DNA from: Gammaproteobacteria bacterium
GTDB lineage: Bacteria; Pseudomonadota; Gammaproteobacteria; SZUA-152
Direction: 5' to 3'
DNA: 62,576 nt
Assembly (NCBI GenBank): GCA_011051755.1
Contig: DRKN01000022.1
Span: 1 to 62,576, forward strand
Below, piece after piece: positions 37,997-46,932 of this stretch (the stretch's first letter is position 1; each line of letters begins with the position of its first letter). The position numbers were made by a program, and so were the translations under genes. Under the pieces are notes generated by a model. That model was given only the letters and a program-made list of their open reading frames with translations. It searched no databases and was not told the DNA's origin.

Positions 37997-39042
37997 GCCA
38001 GCAGCTCCCGGGCAGTGGCGACCACCTCGTCCACATCAATCTCCCGCAGGCAGGTAAAGGCACCGTCGCAAGTGGGACGGCGACGACAAGGCGAACAATC
38101 AAGGGCCTTATAAAGGATGCGGGTGTTGTCGCGGCCGCTATCGAGATAGGGGCGGGTGGAGCCGAAGAGGGCGATGGTGGGCACGGCAAAGGCGATGCCC
38201 ATGTGCATCAGGCCCGTGTCCACGCCCACCAACAGGCGGGCGCGGCTGATCAGCGCAGCGGCCTGTGACAAAGAGGTCTCGCCCGTCATGTCGATGATCC
38301 CTGCCTCGCCGGCGGCAATGCGGCCGGCGGCCTCACGGTCGCTGGATCCACCCAGCATCACCACCGGCAGATCCAGCTCGGCACGCAGACACGCCGCTAG
38401 CGGCGACCAGCGCGATTCGATCCAGTGTTTCTGCGGGCGGGTGGTGAAGGGACAGATCACCGCATAACCCGACTGCCAGCCATGTTTGGCGATAAAGTCG
38501 TCGACAAAACTCGCGTCTCCGGCGGACAGAGCCAGATCCATCTCGAAGGGCTCGACACTCAACCCCAGAGCCTCGGCCATGCGCCGGTACTCGGAGCCGA
38601 TGCGCTTGTCGCCCCGGGGCTTATCCACCACCCGTGTCATCAGCCGCGCACTGCCCTCGCGTGAACCCAGGCCGACGCGCTCCGCCGCCCCCGTCATCCA
38701 CACCAGCAGGCCACTCTTCATCAAACCCTGGATATCCAGCACCAGATCGAAGCCCCGCGCCCGCAGCGCGCGACGAAAGACCCGCACCGCTTTCAACAAC
38801 TGTCCATAGCGCCTCTCGCGCCACAGTCGCTGCCACTCACCGCGCGGCCAGACGATGACCTCGTCGAGACGCGGATTGGCCGCCAGCAATGACACCGCCT
38901 CTGCCTGCACCAGCCAGGCGATATGCGCTTCAGGGTATCTGTCGCGCAGGGCACGGATCAGCGGCGAGGCCATCACCACGTCGCCGATGGCGCTGAGACG
39001 GACGATAAGAATGCGTTTGCCGGCTGTCGAGAGAATCACCAC
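37993..39042 (-). CDS. ADP-heptose:LPS heptosyltransferase (GT9 family)
   Basis: KRILIVRLSAIGDVVMASPLIRALRDRYPEAHIAWLV and the C-terminal GVDTGLMHMGIAFAVPTIALFG motif typical of GT9. I cannot assign it to WaaC, WaaF or another member. Confidence 0.85.
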   Translation of the reverse strand: MVILSTAGKRILIVRLSAIGDVVMASPLIRALRDRYPEAHIAWLVQAEAVSLLAANPRLDEVIVWPRGEWQRLWRERRYGQLLKAVRVFRRALRARGFDLVLDIQGLMKSGLLVWMTGAAERVGLGSREGSARLMTRVVDKPRGDKRIGSEYRRMAEALGLSVEPFEMDLALSAGDASFVDDFIAKHGWQSGYAVICPFTTRPQKHWIESRWSPLAACLRAELDLPVVMLGGSSDREAAGRIAAGEAGIIDMTGETSLSQAAALISRARLLVGVDTGLMHMGIAFAVPTIALFGSTRPYLDSGRDNTRILYKALDCSPCRRRPTCDGAFTCLREIDVDEVVATARELLA

Positions 39043-39142
39043 TGAATTGAATCCACGAAAGATAAATCAAGGTTTTTTTGCTGTAGGGTGCGCGCGCACT
39101 ATATCATTCGCCCTCCCGTAGTGACACGAAGTAGACCGCCGC

Positions 39143-40513
39143 ATGAATTCAGTCCCGGCACAGAACCATCATTCTTTCGCCACCTTCTGGCCTGCTGAAT
39201 GGCGCATACGCCTCGGTCTTTTTGGCCTCCTGCTGTTTGCCTTCTCCGCCTGGTTCGGCCCCGCCCCGGCCAATATTGCCCTGGCTCTGATGCTCGCCGC
39301 CGCCCTCATGGAATGGCGCCAGACCTGGCACGTCTTTCGCCACGACCTCATATTCTGGCCCACGCTGATTCTGCTGGGCTACATCTTCCTGCGCGCCACC
39401 CTCGCTGCCCAGGAGATGCCCGAGCTGGCCGAGACACAGTGGAAGACCGCCTGGAACTTCGCGTCCCTGGGCCTGTTCCTGCTACCCGCCTACTGGCTCG
39501 CCCGCTGTCCCGACAAGCTGGGCTGGGTACTGGCCCTTGCCGTGCTGGGACTGATCATTGGCCTGGGTCTGAATCAGGACTGGTCGAAATGGGAACTAAT
39601 GCTGCGAGGACAGCGCTCCGGGGCGGAGAAATGGCACTATTCCATCATGGGGCTGTATGCTGTTACGGCTCTGCTGGGGCTATTGCTGTTCGCCCCGCGA
39701 CTTTTGCATAAACAGCAATCACGACGTCTCAAAACTGCCGTGACGATTGCCTGGCTCGTCTGCACGATCATCATCGTGCATGCCTTCATCGTCAGTCAGA
39801 CACGCGCCGTCTGGTTCGCCGCGCCCCTGGTTTTCCCCCCCATCTTCTTTTTTTTCATCCGTGGCTGGCTCAAGACTCACGCAGATTTTTCGCGAAAAAA
39901 ACTGGCCCTGATAGCCATTGCCGGCGTTACGCTCATCAGCGGAGTTTTTGTCGCCAACTTTGAGACCATCAGCAAGCGGGCTACCCAGGAAGGTGCCGTC
40001 TATGAAGGCATTTCCAAGCTCGAAGAACTCAGTACGGAAAGCGTTGCCAAGCTGGTGCCTCAATCCTCCTTCGGCGTCCGTTTCTGGCTCCTCAGCTACG
40101 GTCTGGAGCTATGGAAGGAACGTCCGTGGCTCGGCTGGGGGCCCGGCACCAGCAGCACCCGTGATCTGGCGCCCCTGCGGGATCGTCAGGATCTGGTGGC
40201 GTTTTGGCACCTGCATAACGGCTATCTGGAAGTGTTGTACCGCTTTGGTCTGATCGGCGCCGTGCTCTTCGCCCTACCCCTGTTACTCGTCGTCCGCGCC
40301 ACCTACCGAACCCATCGGCGGGGAGAGATGCCCGATGACCTCTACCTGTTGCTCGCCGGCGCCCTTTTCCTGACCCTGCTCTGGAACCTGACCACGGTTC
40401 GCCTGGACAAGTTCGACTACCGCGTCTACTGGTACTTCCTCGCCGGCATCGCCTACGCTGGCACCATTCGGCAGTCACTGACCGGCTACCGGGAACGCCT
40501 GACAAGCACATGA
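39143..40513 (+). CDS. O-antigen ligase (Wzy_C) family membrane protein
   Basis: 456 aa with about 11 TM segments and a periplasmic loop carrying RPWLGWGPGT...HLHNGYLEVL, typical of the WaaL/Wzy_C family. Confidence 0.75.
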   Translation: MNSVPAQNHHSFATFWPAEWRIRLGLFGLLLFAFSAWFGPAPANIALALMLAAALMEWRQTWHVFRHDLIFWPTLILLGYIFLRATLAAQEMPELAETQWKTAWNFASLGLFLLPAYWLARCPDKLGWVLALAVLGLIIGLGLNQDWSKWELMLRGQRSGAEKWHYSIMGLYAVTALLGLLLFAPRLLHKQQSRRLKTAVTIAWLVCTIIIVHAFIVSQTRAVWFAAPLVFPPIFFFFIRGWLKTHADFSRKKLALIAIAGVTLISGVFVANFETISKRATQEGAVYEGISKLEELSTESVAKLVPQSSFGVRFWLLSYGLELWKERPWLGWGPGTSSTRDLAPLRDRQDLVAFWHLHNGYLEVLYRFGLIGAVLFALPLLLVVRATYRTHRRGEMPDDLYLLLAGALFLTLLWNLTTVRLDKFDYRVYWYFLAGIAYAGTIRQSLTGYRERLTST

Positions 40514-41607
40514 GCCAACGCGCCCAGCTCTGCATCTTCGTCCCCGAGTGGGACAACGGCGGCGTCGAGCGCATGATGGCCAATCTGATGCGCGGAATGG
40601 CGACCCATGGCGTCACGGTGGATCTGCTGCAAAACACCAGCAACGACCACTATCTCGAAGACCTCCCCACAGGCATCCGACGGCTGCAACTGGGAGCCAG
40701 CAAGCCGCATCAGTTACTGGACAGGGTACGGCAATACCTGCTGGATACCCGGCCCGAGCGCCTGCTTTCCGCCAAGGACACCAGCCATAACCTGGCCCTG
40801 AGTGCACGACGTAGCGCCGCTGTTGACACCGGCGTCTATCTGCGTTTTGCCAGCAACATCAGTCAAAAATACGCCCACCGCAATGCCGCCAAACGTTGGT
40901 GGATACGGCACGGGCTGCGCCGCAGTTGCCAGCGGGCAGACGGCCTGCTGGCCGTCTCACAAGGCGTGGCGGCAGACATTCGCACCCTCACCGGCCAGCC
41001 CGTGCAGGCCCTGCCCAATCCCGCCATCACCCCGGAGCTTGCTGCCCGGGCCAGGGAGCCGGTGCCACATCCCTGGCTGGAGGATCACGCGATTCCCGTG
41101 ATCCTCGGCGCCGGACGCCTGGGACGGGCGAAGAATTTCGCCCTGCTCATCGAGGCCTTTGCCCGTCTGCACCGGGAACGCCGCTGCCAACTGATCATCC
41201 TGGGAGAAGGACGGCAGCGCGAACGCCTGCTGCGACAGGCGGAAAGGCTGGGCGTGGCCGATGACGTCTCACTGCCTGGCTACACCGACAACCCCTTTGC
41301 CTGGCTGGCCCGAGCCAACGTGTTCGCTCTCTCCTCCAATTGGGAGGGCAGTCCCAACATCCTGGTCGAGGCGCTGGCACTCGGCACGCCCGCTGTCGCC
41401 ACGGACTGCCCCAGCGGCCCGCGCGAAATCCTCGCCGGCGGCCGCTTCGGCCCCCTGGTCGCCATGGGCGATGCAGCGGCACTCGCTGCCGCCCTGAAAC
41501 AAACACTCGACGCCCCCTTCTCCGCCGGGCACTTGAAACAGGCCACACGCCCCTACACCCTGGAGGCCAGTACTCAGGCCTATCTGCAGGCAATGGCGTT
41601 GACTTAG
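40510..41607 (+). CDS. Glycosyltransferase family 4
   Basis: DNGGVERMMANL N-terminus and WEGSPNILVEALALGTPAVATDCPSGPREIL C-terminal motif. It is a paralogue of 43821-44951. Confidence 0.85.
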   Translation: MSQRAQLCIFVPEWDNGGVERMMANLMRGMATHGVTVDLLQNTSNDHYLEDLPTGIRRLQLGASKPHQLLDRVRQYLLDTRPERLLSAKDTSHNLALSARRSAAVDTGVYLRFASNISQKYAHRNAAKRWWIRHGLRRSCQRADGLLAVSQGVAADIRTLTGQPVQALPNPAITPELAARAREPVPHPWLEDHAIPVILGAGRLGRAKNFALLIEAFARLHRERRCQLIILGEGRQRERLLRQAERLGVADDVSLPGYTDNPFAWLARANVFALSSNWEGSPNILVEALALGTPAVATDCPSGPREILAGGRFGPLVAMGDAAALAAALKQTLDAPFSAGHLKQATRPYTLEASTQAYLQAMALT

Positions 41608-41639
41608 GGCTTTATTAACAGACGACAGGCGGACAGACC

Positions 41640-43460
41640 ATGTGCGGCATAGCCGGCTTCTATCATTTCCACGTCAATAACGGTGCAGCGAACAGGCTCC
41701 AGCGCATGGCCACGGCCCTACACCATCGTGGCCCGGACGACAGCGGCGTCTACCTGCGCGGTGGCCTGGGCCTGGCGCACACGCGGTTGTCCATCATCGA
41801 CCTCGAGGGTGGCCATCAGCCACTGTTCGATGACCAGCGCGGCCTGGCCCTGGTGGCCAATGGCGAGATCTACAACTATGTCGAGCTGCGCGAAGCGCTG
41901 ATCGAGGCCGGCCACCGTTTCAGCACCCATTCCGACTGCGAGACCATCCTGCAAGCCTACGCCAAACACGACCGCGACTTTCTGCCGCAGCTGCGCGGCA
42001 TGTTTGCCTTTGCCCTGCATGACGAGCGCAAAGGCACCCTGACCCTGGCCCGTGACCGCCTCGGCATCAAACCACTGTTCTACGTGGAGACCGCCGGCGG
42101 CATCGCCTTCGCCTCGGAGATCAAGGCCCTGCTGACCCTGCTGCCGACGCCACCGGCCATCAACCCACGTGCCCTAGTGCAGTACCTGCAGAGCCAGTTC
42201 AACACCGGCGAAGAAACCATCTTCGAGGGCATCCGCCGCCTACCCCCGGGCACCGCCCTGCGCATCGACGCCAAAGGACGCATCGAGCGCTGGCGCTACT
42301 GGTCGGCACTGGAGGTGGCACCCCGCCAGTGCAGCTTCGAGGAAGCGGCGCACGAATTCGACGCACTGATGGATAGCGCCATGCACGAGCATATGCGCTC
42401 GGACGTGCCTTTCGGCCTGTTCCTCTCCGGCGGCGTCGACTCCGCCGTCCTTCTGGCCATGCTCGACCGCTACCAGGACAAGCCCATCCGCAGTTTCTCC
42501 GTGGGCTTCAGCGGCGCGCGGCGGAACGATGAACTGGATAATGCCGAACGGATCGCGCAACAATTTGGCACCGAACACACATCGCTCAAGCTGGATCAAC
42601 AGGCGGTCTTTCGGCGCTTGGTGCACACGGTATGGACCGCCGACGACCTGATGCGCGACTACGCCAATCTGCCCACCGACATCCTTGCTCAACACGCCAG
42701 CCGGGAAGTAAAAGTGGTGTTCAGCGGCGAGGGCGGTGACGAGGTATTCGCCGGCTACGGCCGCAATCGCATGTCCACCCTACAACGCTGGGCAAAGAAC
42801 CTGCTCGCCCCCGGCTCCGGCGGCTTCCGTACCCGTGGCCACTGGCGCAACCCCTGGCCGAAGCGAGTCTTCGGCGTCGAGCTGCAAGCGGCCAAGGCTG
42901 CCGTGCGCGAGCCCTTCATCCAGGCCTGGCAGGCCACGCCGCAGACCTGGGACGACGTGCAGCGCAGCCAGTACGTCGATCTCACCACCGCCCTGCCCGA
43001 CAATCTGCTGGTCAAAGCCGACCGCATGCTAATGGGCTTCGGCCTGGAGGGACGGGTGCCGTTTCTCGATCATCGCATCGTCGAGTTCGGCCTGTCGCTA
43101 CCCGCCGAACTGAAGATCGGGCCCGGCCAGGGCAAACTGTTCCTCAAGCGCTGGGCCGAGCAGTACCTGCCCCACGACCACCTGTATCGCAGGAAGCGCG
43201 GCTTCCATGTACCGGTGGGCGACTGGTTACAGGGCGACTTCCTCGCCGGCCTGGCCGAAAAACTGCCGCACAACCCGGCCATCCGCCAGTGGTTCCGCGC
43301 CGAAGGCGTAGAACAAATGCTCGCCGCCCAACGTGCTGGCAAGGATGCCAGCCGCGAGATCTGGGGACTGATGCAGTTCGCCATCTGGCACCGGCTGTTC
43401 GTTGAAGAGCCGGGGCGGGTGCCGGCGGCGGAAGAGGATCCGCTGGCGTGGATCAGCTGA
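41640..43460 (+). CDS. asnB: Asparagine synthase (glutamine-hydrolysing) family amidotransferase
   Basis: MCGIAGF Ntn Cys nucleophile and PP-loop LSGGVDSAVL, 606 aa. Confidence 0.9.
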   Translation: MCGIAGFYHFHVNNGAANRLQRMATALHHRGPDDSGVYLRGGLGLAHTRLSIIDLEGGHQPLFDDQRGLALVANGEIYNYVELREALIEAGHRFSTHSDCETILQAYAKHDRDFLPQLRGMFAFALHDERKGTLTLARDRLGIKPLFYVETAGGIAFASEIKALLTLLPTPPAINPRALVQYLQSQFNTGEETIFEGIRRLPPGTALRIDAKGRIERWRYWSALEVAPRQCSFEEAAHEFDALMDSAMHEHMRSDVPFGLFLSGGVDSAVLLAMLDRYQDKPIRSFSVGFSGARRNDELDNAERIAQQFGTEHTSLKLDQQAVFRRLVHTVWTADDLMRDYANLPTDILAQHASREVKVVFSGEGGDEVFAGYGRNRMSTLQRWAKNLLAPGSGGFRTRGHWRNPWPKRVFGVELQAAKAAVREPFIQAWQATPQTWDDVQRSQYVDLTTALPDNLLVKADRMLMGFGLEGRVPFLDHRIVEFGLSLPAELKIGPGQGKLFLKRWAEQYLPHDHLYRRKRGFHVPVGDWLQGDFLAGLAEKLPHNPAIRQWFRAEGVEQMLAAQRAGKDASREIWGLMQFAIWHRLFVEEPGRVPAAEEDPLAWIS

Positions 43461-43591
43461 TGGTCAGCCGGCTGTTTGGCGTGGATTCCGTAGAATGGCC
43501 ACGGCCCACCCATCGTCACACACAGACCTCCCCGGCGGGCCGTACTCACCCTGTAAACCGTACCCGTCAACCATCACGCGCACGTCTCCCC

Positions 43592-43612
43592 GGTGGGCTG
43601 TGCCCAGCCTAC
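43592..43612 (-). repeat. REP-like hairpin with GTAG head (GTAGGCTGGGCACAGCCCACC on the minus strand)
   Basis: A GGCTG-TGCC-CAGCC core hairpin with a flanking CTAC. It lies in the 360-nt asnB-GT4 spacer together with other degenerate palindromes such as GTGGGAGCCGCTCTAGCCAC at about 43680. Confidence 0.5.
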
Positions 43613-43820
43613 AAGCTGCGACGAAGAGAGTCAGCCAAGCGGTGGCCAAGGCATTTCATCCACTCCATGGACTTGCCTTGTGGGAGCCGCTCTAGCCACG
43701 AAGCCATCGCCAGGCAGTCCATCGCGGCTGAAGCCGTTCCCACGGAAGAATTTCAGTGTTGTTTTTCTCTGCATCCTTTGCGCCTCTGCGTCCTTTACGT
43801 TTCCTCACGAGGGCGGCAAC

Positions 43821-44951
43821 ATGACTGACGCTCCCCGTCTCGCCATCCTCATCTCCTTCTCCGGCGCCGGCGGCGTCGAGCGCATGGTGCTGAACCTGGT
43901 GGAGGAATTCGTCCGCCGCGGCTATCACATCGATCTGTTGCTGATCCGTGCCGAGGGTGAGCACCTGTGTGAACTGCCCGAAGGCGTCAATGTGATCCGC
44001 CTCGGCGTGCAACACACCCTGGCCAGTGTCCTGCCTCTGGCCCGCTGGCTGCGACAGAATCGCCCGCCGGTACTGCTGGTGGCCAAGGATCGCGCCGGCC
44101 GCGCGGCCCTGTGGGCACGGCGTATCAGTGGCGTGGACACGCGTATCGCCATCCGCCTGGGCACCAATCTGTCGGCGGCCTTGGCCGGTCGCGGCTGGCT
44201 GCGGCGCGTCACGCGCACCCTGCCCATGCGCTGGAGCTATCGCATGGCCGAGCGGGTGATCGCCGTCTCCCACGGCGTGGCCGAGGACACGGCAGGGGTC
44301 ACCGGCCTGCCGCCCGAACGCATCAGCGTGGCACACAACCCAGTGATCACTCCGCGCTTGCTGGCCCTGACCAAAGAGCCGGTCGACCACCCCTGGTTTA
44401 CCGAGCACGGAGCGCCAGTGATCCTCGCTGCCGGCCGGCTGACCCGACAAAAAGATTTCCCCACCCTGATCCGAGCCTTCGCCCAGGCCCGTGCCGCGCA
44501 CCCCTGCCGGCTCATCATCCTCGGCGATGGAGGCCAGCGCGGCAAACTACAAACCCTGGCCACCGAACTGGGCGTAGCCGATGACGTGGATCTTCCCGGC
44601 TTCGCCACCAACCCCTACGCCTGGATGCACGCCGCCGATCTGTTCGTGCTCTCCTCACGCTGGGAAGGCTCACCCAACGTGCTCACCGAAGCCATGGCCT
44701 GCGGTACCCCGGTAGTGTCCACCGACTGCCCCAGTGGCCCGCGCGAAACCTTGCAAGACGGGCGCTTCGGCCCACTGGTGCCGGTGGCCAACGCCGACGC
44801 CCTCGGCAAGGCTATCCTCGACACCCTGGCCACTCCGCCGAGTGCCAAGGCCATGCGAGCAGCCGTGGCCGACTTTGCCGTGACACACAGCGCCGACGAA
44901 TACCTTGACATCCTCGGCCTGCCGCGACAGGCACAACCAGCGGAAGCATAA
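43821..44951 (+). CDS. Glycosyltransferase family 4
   Basis: GAGGVERMVLNL N-terminus and WEGSPNVLTEAMACGTPVVSTDCPSGPRETL motif. I chose the ATG at 43821 because the 76 upstream codons of the track ORF only read through REP sequences. Confidence 0.85.
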   Translation: MTDAPRLAILISFSGAGGVERMVLNLVEEFVRRGYHIDLLLIRAEGEHLCELPEGVNVIRLGVQHTLASVLPLARWLRQNRPPVLLVAKDRAGRAALWARRISGVDTRIAIRLGTNLSAALAGRGWLRRVTRTLPMRWSYRMAERVIAVSHGVAEDTAGVTGLPPERISVAHNPVITPRLLALTKEPVDHPWFTEHGAPVILAAGRLTRQKDFPTLIRAFAQARAAHPCRLIILGDGGQRGKLQTLATELGVADDVDLPGFATNPYAWMHAADLFVLSSRWEGSPNVLTEAMACGTPVVSTDCPSGPRETLQDGRFGPLVPVANADALGKAILDTLATPPSAKAMRAAVADFAVTHSADEYLDILGLPRQAQPAEA

Positions 44952-44966
44952 GGCCAAAAACTTCTT

Positions 44967-45115
44967 CGCTACAGAAGCACGGAGAACACGGAGAAAAAAA
45001 CTTGTTACACCGCTCTGCGGTGTGACACATCCTGTGGCGCTCTGCGCCGCCAGACCGCCGACACCACTGAGCGACATCACCAGTCCTTCTCCGTGTTCTC
45101 CGTGCCTCTGTGGCG
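44967..45115. repeat. MITE-like element with 29-bp terminal inverted repeats
   Basis: CGCTACAGAAGCACGGAGAACACGGAGAA (44967-44995) pairs with TTCTCCGTGTTCTCCGTGCCTCTGTGGCG (45087-45115) at 27 of 29 positions. Related single arms (CCGTGCCTCTGTGGCGA-like) occur at about 27693-27716 and 18163-18185. Confidence 0.7.
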
Positions 45116-45215
45116 AGCGTTCTTGTGGTGGATTTCAGTCACCCCCTGATTTTCAGTGGGGCAATGACGGCCGGCCACGTATAATCCCACTCCTTTCAGC
45201 CACACTCGTTCCGCC

Positions 45216-45875
45216 ATGCTGCTCTCACGCAAGTACAACTTCCTTTTTGTGCACATCGCCAAGACCGGCGGCACCAGCGTGCGCGCCGCCCTCGAGGGTC
45301 TGCGTTGGCGTGATCCCGCCTACCTGTCACAGTTCATCTGTAGCAAGCTAAGCCACCTCAACGGCCACCGCATCGGCGCCAAGTTCCCGCGCCACGCCAG
45401 GATCATCGCCGCCAAGGAAATGCTGCCGGCGGAATTCTTCAACGACCTGTTCAAGTTTGCCTTCGTGCGCAATCCCTGGGATCTGCAGGTGAGTTCTTAT
45501 CACCACATCCGCCGCGAACGCCCACAGGTGATGGCGCACATCGAGGACTTCCCCCAGTTCATCCGCTGGAAGCTGGATCCGCAACGCCCCTACCAGTACC
45601 ACGTGGATACCTCCATCCAGCTTCAATCGGACTACCTCATCGACCTGCACGGCAACATCGTCACGGATTTCATCGGCAAGTATGAGAATTTGCAGGGAGA
45701 TTTCGACGCCGTCTGCCGGCGCATCGGCGTGGCGCCACGGCCACTGCCGCACAAGCGTCAGGCCAAGGGGCGCAAGGATTTCCGCCACTATTACGACGAC
45801 GACACCGCCGAACGGGTGGCGGCCTATTTCAAGACCGACATCGACAGCCTGGGATATCGCTTCGATCCGGAATGA
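45216..45875 (+). CDS. Sulfotransferase family 2 protein
   Basis: 5'-PSB loop FVHIAKTGGTSV and 3'-PB segment FVRNPWDLQVSSY, 219 aa. Confidence 0.8.
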   Translation: MLLSRKYNFLFVHIAKTGGTSVRAALEGLRWRDPAYLSQFICSKLSHLNGHRIGAKFPRHARIIAAKEMLPAEFFNDLFKFAFVRNPWDLQVSSYHHIRRERPQVMAHIEDFPQFIRWKLDPQRPYQYHVDTSIQLQSDYLIDLHGNIVTDFIGKYENLQGDFDAVCRRIGVAPRPLPHKRQAKGRKDFRHYYDDDTAERVAAYFKTDIDSLGYRFDPE

Positions 45876-45889
45876 GCACTGACTGGCGG

Positions 45890-46031
45890 GTAGGAGCGGG
45901 CCATGCCCGCGATGGGTACCAGATTTCGCCACCGAGGCACAGAGAAACACGGAGATCCATCATATTGTCTCCTCTGCGTCTCGGTGCCTCGGGGGCAAAA
46001 AACCTTTATCGCGGGCATGGCCCACTCCTAC
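45890..46031. repeat. Inverted pair of GTAGGAGCGGGCCATGCCCGCGA REPs enclosing a second hairpin
   Basis: The forward copy is at 45890-45912 and the inverted copy at 46009-46031 (one mismatch). The inner CCGAGGCAC...GTGCCTCGG hairpin is at about 45931-45992. The distal copy plus an A-run (45996-46002) looks like the gmhA terminator. Confidence 0.8.
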
Positions 46032-46058
46032 AGGCCGAGGCGATAGAAAGGCCGAGGC

Positions 46059-46619
46059 TCAGTGTTGGTACTCGAAGGCCTCGCACAACAGGTGCAACAT
46101 GAGGATATGCGCCTCCTGGATGCGGGCGGTGGCATTGACACCGACGATCAACGCCGTGTCCACCCGTTGCGCCAAACGGCCGCCGTCGCGGCCCAGCAGG
46201 CCGACGGTCTGAATGCCATGGTCACGCGCATAATCCACCGCGCACACTACGTTGGCGGAATTGCCGGAGGTACTGATGCCGATGAGCAGGTCAGCGGGGC
46301 GTGACAAGGCCTGCAACTGGCGCGAAAACACCTGCTCGAAGCCGTAATCGTTGCCGATGGAGGTGAGCGCCGAGGCATCGGTGGTCAGCGCCACCGCCGG
46401 ATAACCGGGACGATCCATGGAGTAGCGCCCGGTGAGTTCGGCGGCGAAGTGCTGGGCATCAGAGGCGGAGCCACCGTTGCCGCAGACGAACACCGTGCCA
46501 CCCTGCGCGAAAGTAGCCTCAATGCGTTGCGCGACGGCGCACAGTTCGTTTTCCAGCCCGGCCACGAAATCGATGGCCTCGCGGTGCGCCGCGATGGCGG
46601 CCGGCACATCGATGGACAT
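46059..46619 (-). CDS. gmhA: D-sedoheptulose-7-phosphate isomerase (SIS domain)
   Basis: VCGNGGSASDAQHFAAELTGRY...RPGYPAVAL...IGISTSGNSANV aligns along its whole length with E. coli GmhA as I recall it. Confidence 0.85.
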   Translation of the reverse strand: MSIDVPAAIAAHREAIDFVAGLENELCAVAQRIEATFAQGGTVFVCGNGGSASDAQHFAAELTGRYSMDRPGYPAVALTTDASALTSIGNDYGFEQVFSRQLQALSRPADLLIGISTSGNSANVVCAVDYARDHGIQTVGLLGRDGGRLAQRVDTALIVGVNATARIQEAHILMLHLLCEAFEYQH

Positions 46620-46620
46620 A

Positions 46621-46818
46621 TCAATCGTCCTTCAACACATAGTCCGCGCCACAATAGGGACACGTGACCTGACCGGTCTTTTCAATGGGCAGGAACACAC
46701 GCGGATGTGAGTTCCACAGGCTCATGCCGTCCATGGGACAGTGCAGAGGCAGGTCGGCGCGGGTGATTTCGTAGCGGTGCTGCGCATTGGGTTCGATGGT
46801 CTGCGGGGCTTGTGACAT
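46621..46818 (-). CDS. Zinc-finger (zf-CHCC / NDUFS6-like) small protein
   Basis: 65 aa with HCP...SHPRVFLPIEKTGQVTCPYCGADYVL. Its stop abuts the gmhA start. Confidence 0.7.
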   Translation of the reverse strand: MSQAPQTIEPNAQHRYEITRADLPLHCPMDGMSLWNSHPRVFLPIEKTGQVTCPYCGADYVLKDD

Positions 46819-46836
46819 GGTTTTTTCTCTATTGTT

Positions 46837-46920
46837 TGTAGGTTGGGGTGAGGTACGAACCCCACAGCGGGGGTTATCGGAGCCTGTATTGTTGGGGTTC
46901 GTACCTCACCCCAACCTACA
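46837..46920. repeat. Perfect 28-bp inverted repeat (REP doublet with GTAG head)
   Basis: TGTAGGTTGGGGTGAGGTACGAACCCCA (46837-46864) and its exact reverse complement (46893-46920) are separated by 28 nt. Confidence 0.9.
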
Positions 46921-46932
46921 CTCTGCTCTCTG

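Noticed and set aside
43593-43820. A 76-codon N-terminal extension of the GT4 ORF (the track start is GTG 43593)
   Set aside because: The extension translates REP and palindrome sequences (MGCAQPTSC...). The paralogous GT4 at 40510 begins at the position equivalent to the ATG at 43821.
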